DNA of 64,000 nt from an uncultured virus (IMG/VR IMGVR_UViG_3300025284_000066) (IMGVR_UViG_3300025284_000066); one strand, 5' to 3'; numbered from the stretch's first letter, positions 1-9,439 are shown. The notes: generated from the sequence alone by a model not told the origin. A program made the numbers and translations.

Positions 1-1044
1 TCAAAGCGACTTCCGGCGCACCTCCCGACTGCGTTCATACACCCCGGCCGTGGTCTTTGGATCAGCGTGCAATTCGGGCAGTTCGCCAAACTTCAATTTG
101 AAATATGTCGTGTAGTGGCCGCGCAGGTCATGGAACGTGAAGCGCTCTTCGATAATTTTTTCGTCGAGCGCTTTTTTCATTAGGCGCTGCCACATGGCCT
201 TAAACCCGGGCTCTGAATAGGCGTTGTTAGTGCGCGGCGCGCGGAATACCGCGCCCATTGGCGAATAGCCTTCCATTGCCTTCATACGGTCGAGAACCTC
301 CTGCAGAGCAGCGCTCACGCCAATCAGCTCTCGCTTCGATTTCTTTCCGCGCTGCTTTGCGCGCTGCACCCGAATGATTTCCTCGTCGACCTGGGGCCAG
401 TGCAGTTTCAGGAATTCGGCGCGTCTATTCCCGGTGAGCGCCGCGAATTGCGCCATGCTGACCAGCACGACATTGCTAGGCCCCTGCTGTAGCGCCCACG
501 CGACGAAAGCGCTCAATTCTTTCGCTTCGACCAGCCGGTCGCGGGACTCCTCGGGGTTGCGGCGCACGTCCTTGCACGGGTTGCGGTCGATCTCGCCGAG
601 CTCGACCGCCAGGTTGAACAGATTCGACAGCAGCGCCACCTCGCGATTCGCGACCACGGGCGCACTGGCGCGTTCCACGCGCAGGTAGCGTGCGATGTCC
701 TTCGGCTTGGTGGCAGCCACCACACCCTTGGCGAAAACCTTCTCCAGCTCCTTCCAGTTGTCGCGGTACTGGTCCTTCGTGCTCTCCGCGAGCCGCTTGA
801 AGTCGGGCCGCTCCTGATACAGGCGCCAGAGGCGGGAGAACTGCCCCTCGTCCGTAGACTTGTTGCCCATATCCAACACCTGTTGGATTGCCTTGCCCTT
901 GTCTCGGCCGAGGTTGATTGGCTTGCCGTCGATGGGGTGGTACCGGTAGGTGAAACCACCGTTCTTCAGCGGGCGCGCCTCCATGCGCGGTAGAAGACCG
1001 AGCTGCGATTGGCGATCTCGCTGTCTCATGCTCGCTTGCTCCAA
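1..1044 (-). CDS. int: Tyrosine recombinase (phage integrase); start may be ATG at 1029
   Basis: Catalytic motifs TGNRRAE, FHDLRG, LH...Y; N-terminal arm-binding-like region. Confidence 0.93.
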   Translation of the reverse strand: MEQASMRQRDRQSQLGLLPRMEARPLKNGGFTYRYHPIDGKPINLGRDKGKAIQQVLDMGNKSTDEGQFSRLWRLYQERPDFKRLAESTKDQYRDNWKELEKVFAKGVVAATKPKDIARYLRVERASAPVVANREVALLSNLFNLAVELGEIDRNPCKDVRRNPEESRDRLVEAKELSAFVAWALQQGPSNVVLVSMAQFAALTGNRRAEFLKLHWPQVDEEIIRVQRAKQRGKKSKRELIGVSAALQEVLDRMKAMEGYSPMGAVFRAPRTNNAYSEPGFKAMWQRLMKKALDEKIIEERFTFHDLRGHYTTYFKLKFGELPELHADPKTTAGVYERSREVRRKSL

Positions 1045-1283
1045 TTCAATCCGTTGGAAGCGTCTTCCCGGCCTTCGCCGGGGCGGTCCGTGGCCTTGGC
1101 CAACGCGGTGCGCACGGCGTCGCGGCCGACGATGGCGGAGCCATCGATGGGGTGCCGGTGGTGTGGAATGCCAAGGTGCTCGAGCACGCGCGCCTGGGCG
1201 GTGTAGCGGGTTCGCTTCGTCAGGCGCTTGAGCTCGTCGGGAGTGAGTTCGAGGGGTTCATTGGCCGCGAGCGGAGCGGTCAT
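1026..1283 (-). CDS. Excisionase-like protein (DUF4224-like)
   Basis: LTPDELKRLTKRTRYTAQARVLEHLGIPH pattern; overlaps the integrase start; AAGGA RBS. Confidence 0.75.
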   Translation of the reverse strand: MTAPLAANEPLELTPDELKRLTKRTRYTAQARVLEHLGIPHHRHPIDGSAIVGRDAVRTALAKATDRPGEGREDASNGLNWSKRA

Positions 1284-1312
1284 ACTTTCTTCCTTTCACA
1301 CGGAGGTTCGGC

Positions 1313-1534
1313 ATGGCCCAACCAGAAAAGTCGTTTGAATACAAAGGGCACCACGTCGAGATCGACGTCACCTCTATCGGCAAGAAGTTCGGCTGGTGGT
1401 ATTCGATCGATGGCGAAGAGACGCACAAGCTGGACGAATCGGGCTGCCGGACTGAGGAGCTCGCCATCCAGGAAGCAGCGCATGACGCCAGAAATCGCAT
1501 TGACAGGCGATCGGCTGCGCCTGCCGTCCAATGA
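1313..1534 (+). CDS. Small hypothetical protein, inverted relative to its neighbours
   Basis: GGAGGT RBS; protein-like composition; ATGA coupling to the next ORF. Confidence 0.65.
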   Translation: MAQPEKSFEYKGHHVEIDVTSIGKKFGWWYSIDGEETHKLDESGCRTEELAIQEAAHDARNRIDRRSAAPAVQ

Positions 1535-1773
1535 GTCGGCCGACGCGGAGCGCGCGCCAGCTGCAGCAGATCCTGATCGAGCGTATTGAGGCGCTGCCGG
1601 GCATGGCCGGCCAGGTCACGGACGTGCACCTCGGGGGCGTGCGGTGGATGGATGGAGGGGAGGGCGGCGCTACCTGGACGGTGCCGATTCTTCGGAACCG
1701 CGACCTGCACACCCCCGCTGTCGCGCGGGTGATTCGGCAGACCCAGATGGAGTTCGACCTCGAAGCGGACTGA
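1531..1773 (+). CDS. Small hypothetical protein
   Basis: Translationally coupled to the previous ORF; 80 aa. Confidence 0.65.
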   Translation: MSRPTRSARQLQQILIERIEALPGMAGQVTDVHLGGVRWMDGGEGGATWTVPILRNRDLHTPAVARVIRQTQMEFDLEAD

Positions 1774-1780
1774 GCTGCGA

Positions 1781-2035
1781 TCAGTCATCGCGCGCTCCCG
1801 TGCTGACGGCGAACATGGGGTGCTGCGCCTGGGCCTGCCCACTGTCGATCTTCGCCTTCAGCGCATGTGCTGCCAACGCAAGTCGGTTGTAGGCCTCGAT
1901 GGTCCCTAGCTGGGTTTCGAGCGCTTTCACCGCGTTTTGCAGGCTCCAGTCGCACGGGCGCATGATCGTCCTCGGCAACTCTACCTCGGGGCGGCCGGCG
2001 GGCCTCGGCCATGGCACGACGTTCTGCTCATCCAT
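1781..2035 (-). CDS. Hypothetical phage protein
   Basis: GGAGGT RBS; fits the packing of the leftward operon. Confidence 0.6.
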   Translation of the reverse strand: MDEQNVVPWPRPAGRPEVELPRTIMRPCDWSLQNAVKALETQLGTIEAYNRLALAAHALKAKIDSGQAQAQHPMFAVSTGARDD

Positions 2036-2480
2036 GCGGCACCTCCGCAAACAGGTCGCCAACAGCTCGGCCAGCTCGTCGCGTCGCCTGAGCGTTGGCG
2101 AGGTGATGCTGGTGATCGTGCGCCAGGTGGTGCCGTTGGCACAACGCCCGCAAGTTTTCGTCGGTGCAGTTCTCGGGCTGGTGGTCGAGGTGCGCGATGG
2201 TCAGCACGATTACGATGATCTTGGCGCAGGCTGGGCCGTCGCCATTCAGATCGAAAGAGATCTCGGCGGCACGCTGGCGGGCCTGCTGATAGGTCGGCTG
2301 TGCCTCTTCCAGTTCGTACCAGTTGTGGCGAACCCCCTGTTCCAGCCAGCGGCCAACGGCGTACTGCCGGGCGACGCAGCCCGGATGCTCGCACTGGTGG
2401 CCAGCGCGCTCCAGGATGCGCTGCCGGATTTGCGGCCAGTCTGCCGGGTAGCGGCCCTTGTTCTCAGGCTTGATCGGCAT
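2028..2480 (-). CDS. HNH-like endonuclease-domain protein
   Basis: YPADWPQIR...CEHPGC and LTIAHLDHQPENCTDENLRALCQRHH motifs. Confidence 0.8.
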   Translation of the reverse strand: MPIKPENKGRYPADWPQIRQRILERAGHQCEHPGCVARQYAVGRWLEQGVRHNWYELEEAQPTYQQARQRAAEISFDLNGDGPACAKIIVIVLTIAHLDHQPENCTDENLRALCQRHHLAHDHQHHLANAQATRRAGRAVGDLFAEVPHG

Positions 2481-2772
2481 TTGACCCTCCTGCGGCAGTG
2501 CCCGGTTCAGTCATCGCTGCCAGGCAGCGCCGAGCAACGGCTGGCGCGTCACGCCAGCGGATTTCCACCGCGCCCGCGTCCACCGCCAGCGCGCGCTTGC
2601 TTAGAGCGATGTCGTAGTGCGGCCACGCCGTGACCGGCGGCCCCTGGTACCAGCGCCGCTGCATCCCGATGCGATCGGCCATGGCGTGGAGTTCGTCCAG
2701 GGTGTCCGCCACCATGTGACACATCACCATGCCTCGGAAAGGCGCGCGCATGTCGTCGACGTAGACGGCCAT
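2464..2772 (-). CDS. DUF4031-family protein
   Basis: MAVYVDD...CHMVADTLDELHAMA...WYQ...HYDI signature. Confidence 0.85.
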   Translation of the reverse strand: MAVYVDDMRAPFRGMVMCHMVADTLDELHAMADRIGMQRRWYQGPPVTAWPHYDIALSKRALAVDAGAVEIRWRDAPAVARRCLAAMTEPGTAAGGSNADQA

Positions 2773-2775
2773 GGT

Positions 2776-3252
2776 TCAGCCCTCTCGGACACGCTGAGGA
2801 GCGAGGCTCGGAGCCGGCTGCAACTTGGATTGAAGTTTCGCGATGTGGTCGGCTTGAGCCGTGATGAGTGCTTCAGGCGTATCCACGTTGTAGAAACGCA
2901 TCAAGTCGGCATGTGCGCTCGGTGCTGGGGCCGCGTTCTCCCGCTCCGGGTCTACCCGGGCCGCGACGATTTCGTTAACGTGCTTGCCCCACGCTGCCGC
3001 CCAGTCGGGATCGGCGAGCAGGCCAGCGATGGCATCGCGGATCAGAAAGCGCTCGTGGTCGGTCGGGTCGTAGCGGACATCGAAGCCTGCTTCGTTCTCG
3101 CCGTGCAGTTCGTAGCCGTCGACGTGTGCGTCGATGATCCGATCGAGCTCCGGCCATTGCGGCTTCGGCGAAGCAGCGCACGGTCCTTCGTGACCCGCCG
3201 CGCGGGTGCAGTGCCAGCCGGCCGGCGGGCGGGTGCAGGTGGTATCAGCCAT
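2776..3252 (-). CDS. Hypothetical phage protein with an N-terminal Cys/His motif
   Basis: CTRPPAGWHCTRAAGHEGPC; operon packing. Confidence 0.65.
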   Translation of the reverse strand: MADTTCTRPPAGWHCTRAAGHEGPCAASPKPQWPELDRIIDAHVDGYELHGENEAGFDVRYDPTDHERFLIRDAIAGLLADPDWAAAWGKHVNEIVAARVDPERENAAPAPSAHADLMRFYNVDTPEALITAQADHIAKLQSKLQPAPSLAPQRVREG

Positions 3253-3670
3253 TGGTGGACTCCGGGATGGTGACGATTCCCTCGGGCACGTCGAACAGGC
3301 CGAGCGAGCCCTTGTAGGGTGTGAAGGGAAGGGGGCGGACGTTGGCCAGTGCGAAGCCGAAGCAGCCGGGGATGTGCCATCGGCTCAGGTGCGCCAGCGC
3401 TGGCCCGCGGCAATCGGTCAGGTCGGCGATGCCGACGAAGCCCCCGCGCTCGATGGTGTTGCGCGTGACGCCAGCAGCGATGGCTTTGGGCGACGCGCCG
3501 GAGCCTTGGGCGAACGTCCATGCGTCTTCCCACTCTTCGCGAGTCATGCCCTTGGCGGCGTGGATTAGCACCGGGCCGCGGTAGCGCGTGGGCCATGTCC
3601 GGTTTTCGATGTCCTTGCCGGCGTGCACGATGAGCCAAGCCCACGGCTGGCGGATGCTGATGGCCTTCAT
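3245..3670 (-). CDS. ASCH-domain protein
   Basis: MKAISIRQPWAWLIVHAGKDIENRTW...RGPVLIHA...KGSLGLF. Confidence 0.9.
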   Translation of the reverse strand: MKAISIRQPWAWLIVHAGKDIENRTWPTRYRGPVLIHAAKGMTREEWEDAWTFAQGSGASPKAIAAGVTRNTIERGGFVGIADLTDCRGPALAHLSRWHIPGCFGFALANVRPLPFTPYKGSLGLFDVPEGIVTIPESTNG

Positions 3671-3728
3671 GTCGTCTTGTTCGTTGGAATGCCCGCGCCT
3701 GGCGGCGCGGGCGGGCTTTAGGGACCGA

Positions 3729-4550
3729 TCAGCTCGGCGCGCCGACCAGGACCGGCAGGCCGGTTTCGGTGGCGATGGTGGCGCGCAGCTCCTTCACGGC
3801 CGTCTCGATGACCTTGTGCGGGCGCACGAGCTCGTACCAGATGGTCAGCTTGCCGCCGTCGGCGATGCGATAGCGCAGTTGGGCTTCCACGCGCCACAGG
3901 TCACCGTTCTCGAAGACCGGGATCGCCAGCACGAAGACCTCCGGCACCTGCAGTTGGCCCTTCTGCGCGCTGCCTTGCACGTCTTCCTCGTAGGTGAACT
4001 GCGTCGAGCCGTCCGAGAGGCGCAAGCTCGATGCGAAGTTGACCTTCTTCTTCGCTTCGAGCGTGCGCGCCACCTCCAGCACCACGGCGCCGACCGGCTC
4101 GGCGATGTCCGGCAGGTTGGTTTCGATGAACTGCGCGAAGTCAGCCTGGTTCTGGCCCTTGCCGGAAGAGGCGATCCAGGTCTTCCACTCGGGCGACAGC
4201 GGGGCGTTGTACTTGGCCGTGTGGTCGCGCCAGCCGGGTGCCGCTGCCACGTCGTTGAAGATGGCAGTGAAGGTCGGCGGGTTGATCGTCGAGTAGAGGC
4301 GCGTGGCTTCGCCCTTCTGGTCGTTCACGACCGCGATGAAGCTGGCGGCATCGTGCAGCGTGGTGCCGCCGCGCTTCCGGATCGGCGCCGGCAGGATCTC
4401 TTCCTTGCCTTCGTAGCGATAGCCTTCGGGCAGCAGCACGTAGGGGAAGGCGTTCTTGAGGTTGTCCAGCTCGGCCGCCTTCATGGCGCTCAGGCCGGCG
4501 CCCGCGTCGAGTGCGGACTGGGTGTTGTTGAGTTGAATGTCGTCGCTCAT
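3729..4550 (-). CDS. DUF2303 (YfdQ-like) phage protein
   Basis: SPEWKTW...QADFAQFIE...LAIPVFENG...LRYR pattern. Confidence 0.85.
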   Translation of the reverse strand: MSDDIQLNNTQSALDAGAGLSAMKAAELDNLKNAFPYVLLPEGYRYEGKEEILPAPIRKRGGTTLHDAASFIAVVNDQKGEATRLYSTINPPTFTAIFNDVAAAPGWRDHTAKYNAPLSPEWKTWIASSGKGQNQADFAQFIETNLPDIAEPVGAVVLEVARTLEAKKKVNFASSLRLSDGSTQFTYEEDVQGSAQKGQLQVPEVFVLAIPVFENGDLWRVEAQLRYRIADGGKLTIWYELVRPHKVIETAVKELRATIATETGLPVLVGAPS

Positions 4551-4607
4551 GGTTTCTCTCGTTGAAGAGGTTGGAAATAGGATTGGGTGAGGGGGAGGCG
4601 CCCGCGA

Positions 4608-4985
4608 TCAGGTGACGGCGCGGACCTGGCGCGACTCCTCGGACACCGAGCGCACGCCGTCGAGGGTGCGCTGGCGCGGGTCTTCGCGCTGCAGGTTGTT
4701 GTCGGGGGTGGCGAACATCAGCGTCTTGCCGCGAACGGGCTTCGGCTTCTTCACCTTGAGATTGCTGTCGAGTTCGACCTGGCCGGCCTTGCCGACCGGC
4801 TTGATCTTGATCGCCAGCACGAGCTCGCCGCCCTTGCCGGTTTCCGTGCAGGCGTGCACCAGCTCGTTGAGCTCGTGCGTGGCCTCCTCGGAAATGGAGC
4901 CGTAGTCGAGCGTCTCGAGGAACTCCGAGAAGCTCTGCCGCCTGGCCTGCGGCGTTGGGGATTTCAATACTTCGGGCATGGTCAC
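4608..4985 (-). CDS. Conserved phage protein (YfdP-like partner of DUF2303)
   Basis: TGKGGELVLAIKIKP...TLMFATPDNNLQREDPRQ; adjacent to DUF2303. Confidence 0.75.
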   Translation of the reverse strand: MTMPEVLKSPTPQARRQSFSEFLETLDYGSISEEATHELNELVHACTETGKGGELVLAIKIKPVGKAGQVELDSNLKVKKPKPVRGKTLMFATPDNNLQREDPRQRTLDGVRSVSEESRQVRAVT

Positions 4986-5091
4986 CTTTCTGGTGGTTGA
5001 GGGAAGAAAGAGGGCGCCGCTCGCGCGGGTCGGTCGGAATGGGAGGAGGGAGGGAGGAGGTGAGCCCGACCGACGAATCGCCCGAAACTGG

Positions 5092-6180
5092 TTAGGCCGC
5101 GAGGCGTTGTGCGTGCTCGGCCTTGGCGTCGGCGACGCGACGGATGAGCGCGTCGCAGATGCTCGCGAACTGGTGCTCGTGGTACAGGGTGGCGCCGCGC
5201 TCGCGGGTCACGGGCTCAATGCCCAGGCCCCGCAGCTGCTCTGCAGTGAGGGTGAAACCCAGCCGGGCGGCGATGTCGCCGATGCGCAGCGTCGGTGTGC
5301 CTGCCGCCGTCGGTTCGTTTGCTGCGGTTGCCCCGGCCTCGAACTGGCGAACGGGAACGACTGCGGGGGCAGGGTCGGTCGCGCGCGTCACGCGGCTGGT
5401 GGAGTAGCTGACCACGCTGGGGGCGGCGCGCGCTGGCTCTGCCTGCGGCTCGGCTGCCTGGTCCTGTGATGTGGCAGCGGGTGTCGGCGCGGGCGCTTGC
5501 TTGCTCTGGAGCTCGGCCAACTGTGCCCGCAGGCGCTCGTTTTCGAGCCGCTGTGCTTCCGCTGCGGCGCGCTCGCGGGTGTCGGCGATCATCTTTTCCA
5601 GCGCCCGGATGGTTGCGTCCTTCTGCGCCGCGGCGCGCACGGCGAATTCCTCGAAGACATCCGCACCGACGTTGATGTTGCGCACGTACTCCAGGCCGGC
5701 TTCGATGCGTTCGATGGGCAGGCCTGCGGCCTTCGCCACATAGCTTTCGATCACGGCGATGGCGTCGGTGTGCTTTTGCTTGCGCTCCGCTTCGATGCGA
5801 TCGCGCTCGGCCTTCTCGTCGGCGAGCTTCTTCTCGTGGACCTTGATCTGCTCGTCCACAAACGTTTCGACGGGCTCCACGATGGCGATCAGGCGGGTGG
5901 CCTCGCCGTCGATGACCTTCTTGCAGTCGTTGAGCTGGTCTTTCGTCTTGTCGCGCAGGCGCTGGATGGCGAAGCGGCCGGACTCGCGGAGTTCGAGGCG
6001 CGCATCCTTGGCGGCCTTGAAGCCCTTCGGCGTGCTCATGTCGAAGACGACATTGCGGTGCCGCGTGGCGAGGGCCTCCATGTCGCTCTCCAGCGGAGAG
6101 AACACGGCGAGCGCCGCCTGGGCGATGCTGGTAGGTTGGGTGCTGACTTCCGCAGCGGAGGTGGTGGCGAGATCGGACAT
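5092..6180 (-). CDS. Coiled-coil recombination-module protein
   Basis: ATG at 6180 with GAGG RBS; helical, charged sequence; next to the exonuclease. Confidence 0.75.
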   Translation of the reverse strand: MSDLATTSAAEVSTQPTSIAQAALAVFSPLESDMEALATRHRNVVFDMSTPKGFKAAKDARLELRESGRFAIQRLRDKTKDQLNDCKKVIDGEATRLIAIVEPVETFVDEQIKVHEKKLADEKAERDRIEAERKQKHTDAIAVIESYVAKAAGLPIERIEAGLEYVRNINVGADVFEEFAVRAAAQKDATIRALEKMIADTRERAAAEAQRLENERLRAQLAELQSKQAPAPTPAATSQDQAAEPQAEPARAAPSVVSYSTSRVTRATDPAPAVVPVRQFEAGATAANEPTAAGTPTLRIGDIAARLGFTLTAEQLRGLGIEPVTRERGATLYHEHQFASICDALIRRVADAKAEHAQRLAA

Positions 6181-6188
6181 ATGGCCTC

Positions 6189-7115
6189 TCAGAACGGGTT
6201 TTCGACGACTGCATGGCCGCCGCGCACGGGCGTGGCGGGCTCGGGGAACAGGGGGAGCTCCGCGGCAGGCGCCGGAGCTGGGGAGGGGGCGGGTGCGCCT
6301 GCAGGAGCGGGCGCGTCGGGGGCGACCTTGGGGGCGCCGGACATTTTTTTGGGCGTCCGCAGTACTTCGAGGTGGCTGTCCACCAGCCGCATGAAGCCGA
6401 TCAGATCGGCTTCGAGAGCGGCGATGGCATCCTCGTTGCGATAGATGCGCTTGACGAACAGGTCCTTGCCGACGGGCTCCAGCCACGGGCAATACACCAC
6501 CAGGTCGCACCACTGGCGGCCGGTGATCCAGAGCCCGCCGTTGATCTGGTCGATGTATTCGAGGTGGGCGGTTTCCGGGCTGGCCCAGACCTGCCCCAGC
6601 TTGTCGCACGCGAAGGGGCACTTGATCTCGACCATGCCGTCGTCATCGATCAGGCCGTCCGACGAGTAGCCGAAGCGCTCGTCGTCGGTCATGATCAAAC
6701 TGACTTCCTCGACCAGCGCGCCAGTGCGCTTCTCGTAGACCATGCGCGCCCGGGGTTCGAGATCGCGTCCGCGGCGCATCGCATAGGTGACGAAGGTGTC
6801 ATCGAGCGGCTCGCGGCTGATGGTCTCGAATGCGATCAGCCAGGCGTACTTGATGGCCGCCGCGCCCGGCTCCTCGGTGGGCTCGCCCGCGAGCGCCTTG
6901 GCGATGGCCGTCGCCCCCGGCTTTTGCTTGTAGCCGGCCTTGGCGCGTGCGTCCGACTCGGCCATGCCGAGCTGCAGGGCGTCGACGTAGAGGCGCTGCT
7001 GGTCGGTGAGGCCGCCGACTTTCTCGCGCGCCTCACTGAAGCGGGAGGCGGTGGCCACGCCGCAACGGGCACGCAACCAGTCTTCGCTCCCCTGGGGGTA
7101 GTTCAGCAGGATCAC
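6189..7115 (-). CDS. YqaJ / lambda-exonuclease family nuclease
   Basis: QGSEDWLRARCGVATAS, MRRGRDLEP, SSDGLI...VEIKCP, YIDQINGGLW motifs; GTG start overlaps the ERF stop. Confidence 0.9.
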   Translation of the reverse strand: MILLNYPQGSEDWLRARCGVATASRFSEAREKVGGLTDQQRLYVDALQLGMAESDARAKAGYKQKPGATAIAKALAGEPTEEPGAAAIKYAWLIAFETISREPLDDTFVTYAMRRGRDLEPRARMVYEKRTGALVEEVSLIMTDDERFGYSSDGLIDDDGMVEIKCPFACDKLGQVWASPETAHLEYIDQINGGLWITGRQWCDLVVYCPWLEPVGKDLFVKRIYRNEDAIAALEADLIGFMRLVDSHLEVLRTPKKMSGAPKVAPDAPAPAGAPAPSPAPAPAAELPLFPEPATPVRGGHAVVENPF

Positions 7116-7930
7116 GGACGACCTCCTGCCCGCAGCTTCTTGCGGTGAGCGATCACCGACTCCTTGAACTCGTCGTAGAGGTCGCGGCGCTTCGTGTCCG
7201 CCAGCGCGACGCAGCCTTCCGCCCACAAGGCAGCGGCGTCGGCATCGGTCCTGGTCTTCTGCAGGCGGTCATACAGCTTGTCGGCCAGCCGGTCGGCATC
7301 GGAAACCTGCCTCAGATCGTGCGCACCAGGCGTCTGGCCAGCGCCATTGCCGTCGTCGTCGTTCTCGCCGATTGCGACGTTAAAGATCAGCTTCAGCAGA
7401 TAGCGCTGGGAGTAGGTCATCGCCGAGCCCTGGGCGTGGGTCTTCGTCATGACGTCGCCGCCCTTGGCACCCTTGCCGTCGGCGGGCATGTCGCACTTGT
7501 AGGTGCGCACGTGCCCGGCCGCGTGGGAGACGTAGCACAGCACGCGGATGTGGTCCTCTTTCGGGCTGTCGTCGGTGTCGAAGCTCAGCGCGAAGCCGTT
7601 CTTCGTGTAGATGGGGCGCAGCGCGCGGTTCAACTGCGCGTAGCTCGCGTACTTGCTGCGGGTCTGCGGGTTGACCGCATCGGCCGAGATCGGGCCCATG
7701 GCAGCCTGGGCCTTGGTCATCGCGGCGTTGAACTTCTGCTCGTTGGCGCGGGCATGCATGCGCTCGTGCATGTTCAGCAGCCGCTCCATCTTGTCGATGT
7801 CGACGTTCGGGTCGTTGGCGGCGGCCGTGATCGCGTGCAGCACGGTGGCGATCTCGTTGCGCGCCGGCAGCACCAGCGTTGCCTTGGGTGCAAAAACCTC
7901 GGGCTCGGTGGGGGCGAGTGCGGCGCTCAC
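7112..7930 (-). CDS. ERF-family ssDNA annealing protein
   Basis: SKYASYAQL...GFALSF...HAAGH...GSAMTYSQRYLLKLIFNV...DDDG. Confidence 0.88.
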   Translation of the reverse strand: MSAALAPTEPEVFAPKATLVLPARNEIATVLHAITAAANDPNVDIDKMERLLNMHERMHARANEQKFNAAMTKAQAAMGPISADAVNPQTRSKYASYAQLNRALRPIYTKNGFALSFDTDDSPKEDHIRVLCYVSHAAGHVRTYKCDMPADGKGAKGGDVMTKTHAQGSAMTYSQRYLLKLIFNVAIGENDDDGNGAGQTPGAHDLRQVSDADRLADKLYDRLQKTRTDADAAALWAEGCVALADTKRRDLYDEFKESVIAHRKKLRAGGRP

Positions 7931-8169
7931 TTCGCGATACCCCACAGAGCGAACCAGGAATCGCGCGGCTCGGTGCCGCACACGGCCAGCAGGACGGCCG
8001 CGAGAAGCAGCAGCAGGACGATGCCGCCGACGATGAGGTAGTCGTGCGCGGTCGAGGGGAACCACAGGCACGGATCGCCCATGTGGTCGTCGTTGGCAGC
8101 GGCCGGCATGCCGGCGGGGGAGGTGTCGCCGGCGCTGACGCGCGGCGGGTGCACGAGGCGAACGCTCAC
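7927..8169 (-). CDS. Small membrane protein
   Basis: One hydrophobic helix; coupled to its neighbours. Confidence 0.55.
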   Translation of the reverse strand: MSVRLVHPPRVSAGDTSPAGMPAAANDDHMGDPCLWFPSTAHDYLIVGGIVLLLLLAAVLLAVCGTEPRDSWFALWGIAK

Positions 8170-8438
8170 GATGCGATCCTTTCGTAGATGAGGAGGGCGA
8201 TGACGAAGAGGCCGGCGAGCACGGACACGGCCGTAGCCACCGTCTCGCTGATGGGCTGGCGGCGCGGGACTTCGATGTAGAGCCGCGTGGTGCTCGAGCG
8301 CTGGCCGGGGCCGAAGGCGTCTTCGAGCGAGCGGGGCATGCGGCCGGGGCGGTGGTCGTCCGCGTTCACCGAGCCCACCAGCGTGGGCTGGTCAGCGGGC
8401 GCCGGCACCAGCGGGAAGGAGTAGCCGGGGCGCTTCAT
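8166..8438 (-). CDS. Small membrane protein
   Basis: RMPRSLEDAFGP motif plus a C-terminal transmembrane helix. Confidence 0.6.
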   Translation of the reverse strand: MKRPGYSFPLVPAPADQPTLVGSVNADDHRPGRMPRSLEDAFGPGQRSSTTRLYIEVPRRQPISETVATAVSVLAGLFVIALLIYERIAS

Positions 8439-8578
8439 CGCGTGGCTCCCGGCGAAGCAGCGGGGCGGGTCTCGCGGCGCCGGGCGCGCAAATCGCGCGC
8501 ATCGCTGTTGAAGCGCGCAGCGAGCGTGATCGCCAGGATCAGCGCATGGAGCGTGGCGGATTGGCGTCCGGTGCTCAT
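8435..8578 (-). CDS. Small hypothetical protein (47 aa)
   Basis: ATGA coupling at both ends. Confidence 0.45.
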   Translation of the reverse strand: MSTGRQSATLHALILAITLAARFNSDARDLRARRRETRPAASPGATR

Positions 8579-9084
8579 GATTCCCGCACCTTCAGCAGCT
8601 CGTCGGCGACCTCGTAGGCGAGCTCCGCGACCCATTCGACGAAGGGGCGCCCGCGCTCGTCTTGCGTGAACCGGCGGGCGAGCAGCGCCTGCATTGCAGC
8701 CTTCGCGAACTCGTCGCGCGAGTCCGCGCCTCGGCGCAGCACGAGCAAGAAGCTCAGGTTGCTCGCGATCCGTTCGTCCGCGCCGCATTCCTTCTCGGCA
8801 CGGCGGAGATCGCTGTAGCTGGTGATGACGCGCAAAACCTTGGCCGCTTCGGATGCGGCTGCCTGGCTCTCGTGCACGGGCACGAAATCCACCAGCATCG
8901 TCTCGAACTCCTCACGGCTCTCTGCGGCCGAATACAGACCCTGGAAGGCCTTCGGCGTTTCGCTGACCATGGCATCGGCGACCAGACCGGGGCCGCCGCG
9001 GTCCAGCAGCACGTACGTGCGGTCCGGGTTGTCCACGTAGCGGAAGCGCGAGCCGAGTGGCAGGTTGAACAGGCGCGTGCTCAT
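8575..9084 (-). CDS. Hypothetical phage protein
   Basis: C-terminal RDEFAKAAMQALL...AYEVADELLK motif common in phage proteins. Confidence 0.7.
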   Translation of the reverse strand: MSTRLFNLPLGSRFRYVDNPDRTYVLLDRGGPGLVADAMVSETPKAFQGLYSAAESREEFETMLVDFVPVHESQAAASEAAKVLRVITSYSDLRRAEKECGADERIASNLSFLLVLRRGADSRDEFAKAAMQALLARRFTQDERGRPFVEWVAELAYEVADELLKVRES

Positions 9085-9203
9085 GCTGGGCACCACCCGT
9101 AGGAAGCCATGGCACGCACACGGCGGGCCTCGGCGTAGCGCTGGCGCAGCGTGGCGATCTGGTGCTGGATCTCCAGCAGCTGGGCGTGCAGGGCGGCCTT
9201 CAT
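9081..9203 (-). CDS. Small hypothetical protein (40 aa, MKAALHAQLLEIQ...)
   Basis: Read directly from the sequence; ATGA overlaps at both ends; below the ORF-track cutoff. Confidence 0.45.
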   Translation of the reverse strand: MKAALHAQLLEIQHQIATLRQRYAEARRVRAMASYGWCPA

Positions 9204-9400
9204 GCCAGCCTCGCCGAGCGGTTGTGAGCCTGATCGAGACGCATGGCCGCTGCGACCTGCAGCTGCTCTAGCGCGCCGGAGGTCTTCGCCGCGGAGTAGG
9301 CGCGGTCGAAAGCGATCAGCTGCTCTTCGGTGAACTCGGGAACGGCGGTGGCGTTTTCGCTCTGCCGGGTTGGGGGTTGTGCCCCCGGGTTGTTGTGCAT
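9200..9400 (-). CDS. First gene of the leftward early operon, hypothetical
   Basis: GAGGAG RBS; immediately downstream of the PL-like promoter. Confidence 0.6.
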   Translation of the reverse strand: MHNNPGAQPPTRQSENATAVPEFTEEQLIAFDRAYSAAKTSGALEQLQVAAAMRLDQAHNRSARLA

Positions 9401-9439
9401 TTGCGCTCCTCGTCGGCCTGTTTGTTGGCCTTGAAGCGC

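Noticed and set aside
2446..2457. CGGGTAGCGGCC identical to 28571-28582
   Set aside because: Lies in coding sequence (GRYP) transcribed from the other strand; plausible chance match in GC-rich DNA
3310..3350. CCTTGTAGGG resembling the late-promoter dyad
   Set aside because: Inside the ASCH gene on the opposite strand; imperfect dyad; no nAnnnT hexamer at the conserved distance
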